From an uncultured Clostridia bacterium (GTDB lineage: Bacteria > Bacillota > Clostridia > TANB77 > CAG-508), in contig CALXVM010000003.1 in the NCBI GenBank assembly GCA_944392105.1, positions 40,735 to 104,734 of the forward strand: a stretch of 64,000 bases of DNA, in the 5' to 3' direction. The notes beneath the pieces were generated by a model. That model was not told the origin of the DNA and did no database searches. It saw only the letters and a program-made list of their open reading frames with translations. This document shows, piece by piece, positions 45,054 to 52,562 of this stretch (position 1 is its first letter; each line of letters opens with the position of its first letter). Both the position numbers and the translations under genes were made by a program.

Positions 45054-45419
45054 TTATTTCACATGCTTATTTTCATAACTGCACACGATTGTATAAATAA
45101 TAAGCTTTAAGCTTGGTTTTAAATTTTCTGGCAACATAAAATATTTTGATATAATATCTATTGGTGTATTATTATACATTGTAGTAATACACTGCTCTAT
45201 GCACCATTTTATTGATAAATAAGATTTTTCATCATGCCTTTTTGCTATTATTGGAAAAACATTTCTTGTCAAATTATCTATAGCATTTTCATTTATTATG
45301 CATAAACATATGGCTTCTTTTAAATATTTATATCCTTTTGTTCCTCTTCTAAAATCAAATTTGCACAACTCGTTTTCTATGAATTGCTTGATGGCTTTTT
45401 CATTTGTGATTTTATTCAT
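45054..45419 (-). CDS. stand-alone Spo0A C-terminal-domain protein (no receiver)
   Basis: TKGYKYLKEAICLCI...NVFPIIAKRHDEKSYLSIKWCIEQCITTMY...KPSLKLIIYTIV. Its start overlaps the end of the GH25 gene by 8 nt. Confidence 0.65.
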   Translation of the reverse strand: MNKITNEKAIKQFIENELCKFDFRRGTKGYKYLKEAICLCIINENAIDNLTRNVFPIIAKRHDEKSYLSIKWCIEQCITTMYNNTPIDIISKYFMLPENLKPSLKLIIYTIVCSYENKHVK

Positions 45420-46191
45420 CCTTTGTACCTCCTTTAATTATCAATTTTGTGCCTATTTGTATTAAATCTGGATTATTTCCTATAACCTCTTTATTAGAAT
45501 TATAAATTTCTTGCCATGTTGTGTTGTACTTTCGTGCAATATATGTAAGATTATCTCCTGGCTGTACTATATAAACTATTTTATTTTCTATTATGTTATT
45601 AAGTAATTTGTCATTCATTAAATAATCAATATCTACATAGCCTTTTATACCATTTAATTGACCTTCGTGTGTAAATTGCCATATATCATACTTTCCGTTA
45701 TAATCACATTTATTAACTTCAGTTTGAGCAACCCAAATACTAAAGTCAGCAAATTTACTATCATCTAAATAATTTTTAAACCAATCTAAGTTTGCATAAA
45801 CTCCGGCTTTATACCCATTTTCTTTAATTATTTTCAAAAATTCTATACATAAATTTGTTAACTTTTCTTTGCCCTCCTGTAGCAACGTTGAGTCTTCCAT
45901 GTCAATGTAGATTGGTAGTTGTATTTTTTTATTTTTCATTTTGTTGACAACCCATTTTGCTCCTTCTATAATGGAATCTATATTATTGCAATAATTATAA
46001 ACATATATCCCAATATTCATATTTTGTTTGGTACACTCTTTATAATTTCTACTAAATTTGCTATCTACATAATTAGGTTCATCATCATATATATTTCCTA
46101 ATTTCAATATTGCAAATTTCACATTTGCCTGCTTTACTTCTTCCCACTGTATATTTCCTTGATTTCCACTTACATCGATTCCAATAACCAT
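45412..46191 (-). CDS. GH25 muramidase with C-terminal LysM domain (endolysin-like, no signal peptide)
   Basis: The N-terminus MVIGIDVSGNQGNIQWEEVK...FAILKLG is typical of GH25. The C-terminus YIVQPGDNLTYIARKYNTTWQEIYNSN...IQIGTKLII is LysM. Confidence 0.8.
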   Translation of the reverse strand: MVIGIDVSGNQGNIQWEEVKQANVKFAILKLGNIYDDEPNYVDSKFSRNYKECTKQNMNIGIYVYNYCNNIDSIIEGAKWVVNKMKNKKIQLPIYIDMEDSTLLQEGKEKLTNLCIEFLKIIKENGYKAGVYANLDWFKNYLDDSKFADFSIWVAQTEVNKCDYNGKYDIWQFTHEGQLNGIKGYVDIDYLMNDKLLNNIIENKIVYIVQPGDNLTYIARKYNTTWQEIYNSNKEVIGNNPDLIQIGTKLIIKGGTKDE

Positions 46192-46416
46192 TTTATAATC
46201 CCTCCTTTAATATATTCTCTATATACTTCCTCACTAATTTGCTTTTTTACGAAGTAATATTCTAAAATTATTATATTTATTTTTTTAAATATTTTTTATT
46301 AAGTGGTTTAATATAGATTTTTATGGTAAAAATAACTTTTTTATCTACATTCAACTACTTTATCTTCAATAGAACTTCATTTAAGTTATTATTATAAATG
46401 AAAGGAGGTGTTAAAT

Positions 46417-46953
46417 ATGGCTTCACCTTATTTAGTTGTAAACGCATCAAATAAATATTATGACATTTATGACATGAATACTGGAAAGAAAATGGCTTTA
46501 TTGTATCCACGAGAAGCTTTCATAATCATAGACAATGAAGGAGTAATATGGAATATAAAAATTAGAAACTCTGCTGGAAAAATTGTTAATGTTGTAGTAC
46601 ATGATAAAGAAAACTTCATTGGAGATAATTGTAAACCTTGTTATTTCTTCCCTTATGGAAAGAAAGTTATTGATGGTCGTGAATATGAAACTTATTTGAT
46701 GCGTAAGGCAAAAAACATTTATACTCCTTCTGCCGATTACTGGGGAGGAGTAGCTCAGAATATGTTAGTTGCAAGTAATAATGATATAGTTGGAGAAACA
46801 CATTCAACTTGGAAAGCAATAGACTATGTTAAACGTAGCACTGATGGTAAATGGGTTAAAGTATCTGGTCAAGGATATGATTATGGTTTTGTAGAAACTG
46901 GTCTAGAGGACGGTTCTATGTATTACAATATTCCATTTTATGGTTCTTGGTAA
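46417..46953 (+). CDS. hypothetical 178-aa protein, no signal peptide
   Basis: ATG 46417 behind AAAGGAGG. Followed by a strong terminator. W/Y/G-rich, with no TM and no recognised family. Confidence 0.5.
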   Translation: MASPYLVVNASNKYYDIYDMNTGKKMALLYPREAFIIIDNEGVIWNIKIRNSAGKIVNVVVHDKENFIGDNCKPCYFFPYGKKVIDGREYETYLMRKAKNIYTPSADYWGGVAQNMLVASNNDIVGETHSTWKAIDYVKRSTDGKWVKVSGQGYDYGFVETGLEDGSMYYNIPFYGSW

Positions 46954-46965
46954 ACTCGAAACAGA

Positions 46966-46997
46966 AAAAAACAGAGGAAAAGTTCCTCTGTTTTTTT
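46966..46997. terminator. bidirectional terminator AAAAACAGAGGAAAAGTTCCTCTGTTTTTTT
   Basis: 7-bp GC-containing stem with an A-run and a T-run. A near-identical hairpin recurs at 47918..47949. Confidence 0.7.
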
Positions 46998-47017
46998 GCC
47001 TACTATTATATATTTTT

Positions 47018-47269
47018 TTAATCTTGTACTATCTCCTTAAAATTCCATGCTTCTCCACCATTTATTTCATTTAAATGATTCGCTGTAAATGAAAAATCCC
47101 CAGGAACCTCTATCCAATCCCTTCCATTAGTAGTTATATACAAATCGCTTTCTTCAAATTTGTAAGACATATTCTTTTCATTATGTGAGTTTATATAATA
47201 TAAAATTAAAACTATTGACATTAATATAATAATTATGACTATACTGATTATAATTATTCTTTTTTTCAT
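47018..47269 (-). CDS. truncated paralog of 47304..47819 (N-terminal TM + first ~50 aa of ectodomain)
   Basis: MSYKFEESDLYITTNGRDWIEVPGDFSFTANHLNEINGG aligns with MNYKFEEEKLYITINGKEWMEVPYDFSITANHLKEANNG. Confidence 0.45.
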   Translation of the reverse strand: MKKRIIIISIVIIIILMSIVLILYYINSHNEKNMSYKFEESDLYITTNGRDWIEVPGDFSFTANHLNEINGGEAWNFKEIVQD

Positions 47270-47303
47270 TCTCTCTCCTCTTCTAATACTTCAATCTGTT
47301 AAC

Positions 47304-47819
47304 TCAATACCATTCGCTCCCCCCATTTTTAGTTATTGCAGTATATTTATTTCCATCTAATCCTTTTAATACTATTTCTCCATGTTGTCTATCTTTGAAA
47401 TATATCTTATCTATAACGTCTAAATAGTTTTTAGTTGTTATATGATAACTATTCCATGTTTTTCCTCTATCATCCGAACATATTAATATAATAGCATATT
47501 TGCCACCAGTATACATTTGATAAGTTTCATCTGTTTCTACCTCACTATAAAATACAATTTTACTTTTGTCCATTTGATATGTGCCTTCTCTATATCTTCC
47601 ATTATTTGCTTCTTTTAGGTGATTCGCTGTAATAGAAAAATCATATGGCACTTCCATCCATTCTTTTCCATTTATAGTTATATATAACTTTTCCTCTTCA
47701 AATTTATAATTCATATTTTTGTCATTATTAATAATTAGATAATATACTAATATAGCTATTACAATTAAAATTATGAATACTATAAAGAATATTATTTTTT
47801 TCTTTTTCATAGATTCCAT
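47304..47819 (-). CDS. membrane-anchored protein with a BNR/Asp-box motif
   Basis: An N-terminal TM. CSDDRGKTW fits the SxDxGxTW Asp-box. Confidence 0.5.
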   Translation of the reverse strand: MESMKKKKIIFFIVFIILIVIAILVYYLIINNDKNMNYKFEEEKLYITINGKEWMEVPYDFSITANHLKEANNGRYREGTYQMDKSKIVFYSEVETDETYQMYTGGKYAIILICSDDRGKTWNSYHITTKNYLDVIDKIYFKDRQHGEIVLKGLDGNKYTAITKNGGSEWY

Positions 47820-47917
47820 CTCCTATTGAAATTATATATTTGTTATTATTATAAGTCAATATAAACTTAGAGTTTAAGTTAAACGAATAAAATATTTAAT
47901 CTATTTTTACATCTAAG

Positions 47918-47949
47918 AAAAAACAGAGGAAAATTTTCCTCTGTTTTTT
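47918..47949. terminator. second copy of the ACAGAGG/CCTCTGT terminator hairpin
   Basis: AAAAAACAGAGGAAAATTTTCCTCTGTTTTTT. Confidence 0.65.
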
Positions 47950-47973
47950 ATCAAGTACTTCTAATATAACATA

Positions 47974-48223
47974 TCACTCAGTCTTTTTTAGTATAATTAT
48001 AATTTAACAGCATAGATAACAAAGCTAAATAAAATACCAATAAAATTATACTAATAAAAAAATGAAACCTGACATATTTTTATTTTCTGTCATATATAAA
48101 TTCGATGCACTATCTATTTTTACATTTTCGTTTTTTAAATATTTTATTTCATATTGTTGGAAATAAATGATATCAAAATCACTTACTATATCTGTCCATC
48201 TATTTGTCTTTAGAAATAATATT
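47974..48223 (-). pseudogene. 5'-deleted copy of the 42014..42436 membrane-protein gene
   Basis: The DNA aligns with 42014..~42270, including the stop position. The part carrying the start codon and first TM is missing, with the junction near 48223. No ORF of 60 aa or more is listed here. Confidence 0.6.
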
Positions 48224-48321
48224 TGTCTAAAATATATCTTATGTTATTTTTATAATCCTGTATAACAATAATACTTGTTGTTTTTCTCATTAATAAAAAA
48301 ACAGATAAATTTGATAAATAA

Positions 48322-48696
48322 CTATTCCATTTTTGGTATAATCTTATATTTTATTATAAATATACTAAATAGTAATATTATAAAATATGGTAATGAACAC
48401 TTTATAAAAGCTTCTCCTTTTCCATTACGTTCTCTTACAGTTTCAGGAGATACATTTATTTCCGTACTTTTATAAAACAAGCTTGGAAAATATTGCATAA
48501 TTTTAACTTCATTATTTTCCATTCTATAATCAGTTTTCAAAGTAATTATACTAAAATTTCCTATACTATAAACACTATCATAATATAAGTATATTGTAAG
48601 CAGTGCCTGAAATATTCTAATAATTGCTATGCTAATCACTAAGACTGTAATAATTAAAAAAATAATATGTTGTATTTTTTTTATATTTTTCATCAA
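48322..48696 (-). CDS. hypothetical two-TM membrane protein (paralog of 42563..42985)
   Basis: 124 aa, lying immediately downstream of the 782-aa hydrolase gene on the same strand. Confidence 0.5.
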   Translation of the reverse strand: MMKNIKKIQHIIFLIITVLVISIAIIRIFQALLTIYLYYDSVYSIGNFSIITLKTDYRMENNEVKIMQYFPSLFYKSTEINVSPETVRERNGKGEAFIKCSLPYFIILLFSIFIIKYKIIPKME

Positions 48697-48747
48697 TTTA
48701 GTCTAAACCTTTCTCTAAACCAATTTCTTATTATATATTACTATTTA

Positions 48748-51096
48748 TTATACCATAGAACTTATTTTTTTTGCAAACGCTTTAGCAACATTTTCCAATA
48801 GCACTGGCATTGTAGCTGGCTTTTCAGTAATTACAATTTCGAATGCAGTTGCTGCTAATCCCTCTAAATCTGTTATTTTAATATTTAAATAACTTCTTGC
48901 AACCTTATATGCTTTATTATATATTGAATCACTTTTCTGAATATCTCCTGGCATATTTCCATATTGTTCTCTGTTATTAATAAAGCCCTCTCCTCTTCCA
49001 ATGATTATATCATTATAATAAGAACTAAATACCATATCTATTCTTATATTATTTAAACTTTTATATAACATCCAAACATCAATATCTTGTAGCAAATCTT
49101 CTAAATCAAATCCCAAATTGCTTGCTGCATCTGTATTATCTCCTAAAATCTGTTCTATAAATTCCTCTGAAAGACTAGGATAATCACCATTTTTATATTT
49201 TTCTTCATAACTACCGGCAAATTGTATTAAGTCGCCAGCCCAACCAGTCAAGTCTACAATAATAGAATCTACCGAAGCAACTCCTGTCCTATTATTCAAT
49301 ACTAAATACATTGATGCACATAAGTGTGATAAAGTAATCAGTTTATTATAGCCACCTACATATATTGGTAAGTCACGTCTATCTTTAGAAATATTATTAT
49401 TTATATAGTTTATTCCATTCATATCATATTCTAACAATAAATTCCATTCAATAGAATTATAATTTTTATAGGCAATGTATTGTATAACTAATGAATTGTT
49501 TTCCTTTATAGTAGCAGAATTACCATGATATGCAGCTGCTAATTCATAAGCTTCTTTCAAGAAATTTATAATTTCTTCATTTTCTTGAGATAATGATATA
49601 TTTTTATTTAAACTTGATATTGGTTCTATCTCTCCTCTATATGTTACTTTATCTATATCTAATTCATTTTCAAAATTAGTTATTTCTTTAAATTGATCAT
49701 AATTCCAGTTCTGTGGCATTTTTTGGCCTATGTTGCAAGAATATCCTGATGACATGTCCGCTACAAAACTACTTTCTGCTAATCCAGCTTCAGAAACTCT
49801 TTGGCAAACTAATCGTGGTCCATATATTCCTACTTTATATCTATTTCCTATACCTTCATTTATTCCTTTAAAAAATTCTACAATATAATCCTCTATTTGG
49901 TCTTCATATACATCCAAATCAACAGCAAAATATATAACTGTCTCATCAGGAATTAGATTAGTTATCGCTGCTTCTCTCGCTCTTTGCCCAGATTTTTTTC
50001 CTTTTGCATAACTAAAATCTGTAATCTGTCTATTGTTTTCTTGATAAATCGGAAAAACTTTTAATCCTGAATTCAATATAGTCTCAATTTCTCCAAATTG
50101 TAGTGCTTTAGGCTTTTCTTCACTAATATATCCCGTTAAATATCTTCCTACAACTTCGAAACCATTTTCTTTTAGCAATCTAGCCCTATCTTCTGTTATT
50201 TCAAAACAAGTATCACATGCATTTGCTGCCCTCGACGTATCTCCGCAACTTACAGCTAAAGCAAACCAAGTTTGAGGTCCTACACTTCCATCAACTTCTA
50301 AATGCATTAATTCCTGAAATTGCATAACAGCATTTCTTGCTCCATTCCCAAAGCTTCCATCAAATCCATTAGGGTCAAATCCATTTAAAAATAATAAATA
50401 TTGTAATAAATAAATTAAGTCTGTATTACTAGACCCAATAGTCAATGCTGGTAAAGCATTTTTGGTTGCATCTCCCCATGAACCATCTATATCTACTCCT
50501 ATTTCATATTGAACAGCCATTTTTATTACTTTATTTGTATTTCTATCATATAATCCATTAGTAGCTAAATAATCTCCCATCATACTTAAATATTTTCTAT
50601 TCAACGCTTGTTGTATTTCTCTAACTTTAATGTTATATTCATTATCAATAGTTGTATATGCATCTGTAGTCAAAATAGCTTTCATATCTATTGCTCTTAC
50701 TATTCCATCAGGATTTTCTAATCCTAATTGCGTTTTCATTGTAATTATTCCTTCTTCTGTAGTATCTGAAAACAATTCCAAATTGTTCCAATCTCCAGCA
50801 ATACCTCTACAAAATAATCCTCCATTAACAATAACATTTATATTTTTTTGCTGCTGCGTATCTGCTATTATATTCTTAGACAACCCATTTGGATATAATG
50901 AATTAAATGCTGATTTCGTTCCAGGTCCAAAAGAACCATCTACATCTAATCCTAACTCTATTTGTAATGCTCTGATCAATCCTGCTACTGTTTTTATTCC
51001 TGTTTCTCCATCTGTTTCTACCTGTACCCAATTTTTATTTCCAAAATATGTTGTATTCATCCATCTCTGTACTTCTAACACTTTCTGATCTGCCAT
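48748..51096 (-). CDS. large peptidoglycan hydrolase-like protein: PG-binding repeats + DUF1906 (Rv2525c-like glycoside-hydrolase-like) domain + unknown C-terminal domain; no signal peptide
   Basis: Three PG_binding_1-type repeats (LQIELGLDVDGSFGPGTKSAF; IGVDIDGSWGDATKNAL; DGSFGNGARNAVMQFQELMHLEVDGSVGPQTWFAL). These are followed by ITEDRARLLKENGFEVVGRYLTG...IYFAVDLD...VGIYG, typical of DUF1906. The ~290-aa C-terminal region is unassigned. Confidence 0.7.
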   Translation of the reverse strand: MADQKVLEVQRWMNTTYFGNKNWVQVETDGETGIKTVAGLIRALQIELGLDVDGSFGPGTKSAFNSLYPNGLSKNIIADTQQQKNINVIVNGGLFCRGIAGDWNNLELFSDTTEEGIITMKTQLGLENPDGIVRAIDMKAILTTDAYTTIDNEYNIKVREIQQALNRKYLSMMGDYLATNGLYDRNTNKVIKMAVQYEIGVDIDGSWGDATKNALPALTIGSSNTDLIYLLQYLLFLNGFDPNGFDGSFGNGARNAVMQFQELMHLEVDGSVGPQTWFALAVSCGDTSRAANACDTCFEITEDRARLLKENGFEVVGRYLTGYISEEKPKALQFGEIETILNSGLKVFPIYQENNRQITDFSYAKGKKSGQRAREAAITNLIPDETVIYFAVDLDVYEDQIEDYIVEFFKGINEGIGNRYKVGIYGPRLVCQRVSEAGLAESSFVADMSSGYSCNIGQKMPQNWNYDQFKEITNFENELDIDKVTYRGEIEPISSLNKNISLSQENEEIINFLKEAYELAAAYHGNSATIKENNSLVIQYIAYKNYNSIEWNLLLEYDMNGINYINNNISKDRRDLPIYVGGYNKLITLSHLCASMYLVLNNRTGVASVDSIIVDLTGWAGDLIQFAGSYEEKYKNGDYPSLSEEFIEQILGDNTDAASNLGFDLEDLLQDIDVWMLYKSLNNIRIDMVFSSYYNDIIIGRGEGFINNREQYGNMPGDIQKSDSIYNKAYKVARSYLNIKITDLEGLAATAFEIVITEKPATMPVLLENVAKAFAKKISSMV

Positions 51097-51200
51097 AAAA
51101 CAACCTTCTTTCTAAATTTTTTACTTATAATTAGCGCTAACTTCTATAAGTTATTAATATTATAGAAAATATTATCTTATTTTTTCTAAAAAGTGGTGTT

Positions 51201-51677
51201 TTATATATTTTTGAGGTATATTCTTTTTATTTTATTCAATGCATCACGCAAGCTATACTGTATGTTCCTTATTGAACACTGCTCTATATTAGCTATTTCT
51301 TTTTCTTTTAAATTAAGAAAATAGTGTAAATATATTCTTTTTTTCTGCTTATATGTTAGTTTATTTATTGCACTATTTAGTTTTTCTATTTCTATATTAT
51401 AAATAGCCAAATCTTCAATAATAATATTAATCTTAAAAGCCTTTTTATATAGCTCATTTTCTTTTATTCTTTTATGCTCAATATGTCTGTCATACTCATT
51501 CATTATCTTTTTATCTTCTAATTCGAACTTATTCATCTCTTCATATATTTGTTTGCTAATTTTTACTTTATTATATTCTAAGTTTATATTTTTAAATTTT
51601 ACAAAATATTCATTATTATTAATTTCTAAATAGTATGGATTATATTTGTCTCTTCTTCTCTTTGGTTTTTCTTCCAT
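51201..51677 (-). CDS. small sigma-70 region-4-like transcription regulator of the mobile-element type
   Basis: Start MEEKPKRRRDKYNPYYLE at ATG 51677 behind GAGGTG. The C-terminus LTYKQKKRIYLHYFLNLKEKEIANIEQCSIRNIQYSLRDALNKI is a sigma region-4 HTH. The N-terminal KRRRDKxNPY...FELEDKK pattern recalls small sigma-like proteins of Firmicute transposons and ICEs (from memory). Confidence 0.6.
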   Translation of the reverse strand: MEEKPKRRRDKYNPYYLEINNNEYFVKFKNINLEYNKVKISKQIYEEMNKFELEDKKIMNEYDRHIEHKRIKENELYKKAFKINIIIEDLAIYNIEIEKLNSAINKLTYKQKKRIYLHYFLNLKEKEIANIEQCSIRNIQYSLRDALNKIKRIYLKNI

Positions 51678-51683
51678 AAAATA

Positions 51684-51728
51684 CACCTCATCTTAAATTT
51701 TTTGAACTTTAAAATTTAAAATGAGGTG
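51684..51728 (-). promoter_or_regulatory. long hairpin sequestering the Shine-Dalgarno of the sigma-like gene (or terminator of the holin transcript)
   Basis: The arms 51684..51701 and 51711..51728 pair at 17 of 18 positions. The 3' arm on the minus strand contains the GAGGTG SD, 6 nt before ATG 51677. Confidence 0.5.
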
Positions 51729-51920
51729 GTGCTCTTATTTCTATATAAAAAAATAAACTTATATACTTTATTGTATTACAAAGTATAAAGTTTATCTTTT
51801 CTAAAAAATCTTTGGTTCAATTATAACTCCAATCATAAAAAATATTTTTATGATTATATAAAAAGGAACTTGCAAAATCCCACGAAATTTGTCGAATTTT
51901 ACCAAGATATGTATTTTTTT

Positions 51921-52397
51921 CTATTCTTTTGTATTATTATCTGAATTACTTTTATTTTCTATTAATTCATTATATTTTTCTAACCCTTTAACTAAAAAGT
52001 TTGGTATTTTTATTCCTATATCTATTAAATTTTCTAAAATGCTCCTTGCTTCATTTATTATTAAACATGCTAATGTAAACCATCCAAAAAACATTATAAA
52101 ATCTATATTTAGGTTAATTTTCTGTCCAATCTGAGTAAGTAAATAAGAAATTAAAAAAGTTAAACATATTAAAATCCAATAGGAAACTTTTTTTATTATT
52201 CCTATCAATCCTTTACTTGAGCTTTCGGTGCTATTTACTTTGGCTTTTATAACTCCTGTTACATAATCAAGAATATTTAATATTAAGTAGCCAGCAAACA
52301 ACAGCCATTCTATTCCAAACGTAACATTTAAATAGGTTATTATAGCACTTATTATATTTCCTATTCTATTAAATATTTTAAAAAATTCTTCTTTCAT
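51921..52397 (-). CDS. holin, toxin-secretion/phage-lysis (TcdE / phage_holin_4_1-like) family
   Basis: Start MKEEFFKIF. Three hydrophobic segments. It has the ILDYVTGVIKA...SSKGLIGIIKKV motif typical of this holin family and a charged C-terminal tail. Confidence 0.7.
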   Translation of the reverse strand: MKEEFFKIFNRIGNIISAIITYLNVTFGIEWLLFAGYLILNILDYVTGVIKAKVNSTESSSKGLIGIIKKVSYWILICLTFLISYLLTQIGQKINLNIDFIMFFGWFTLACLIINEARSILENLIDIGIKIPNFLVKGLEKYNELIENKSNSDNNTKE

Positions 52398-52410
52398 TTC
52401 TATCACATCC

Positions 52411-52445
52411 TAGAAATATTATAATAATTAATTATAATATTTCTA
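52411..52445. promoter_or_regulatory. 35-bp palindrome (14-bp perfect arms) overlapping TATAAT boxes just upstream of the holin gene
   Basis: TAGAAATATTATAA-TAATTAA-TTATAATATTTCTA. The arms are at 52411..52424 and 52432..52445. It is a candidate operator or promoter. Confidence 0.4.
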
Positions 52446-52562
52446 AAAAAATAGATTTTTATTGTCTTTTATAGAAATATTTGTTTAACCCTTGAATTTT
52501 TTAATAGAATAAAATGGCGTATTATTCCTCTTTTAAAGAACTAAAAGAGAAGAAGTGCAGTA

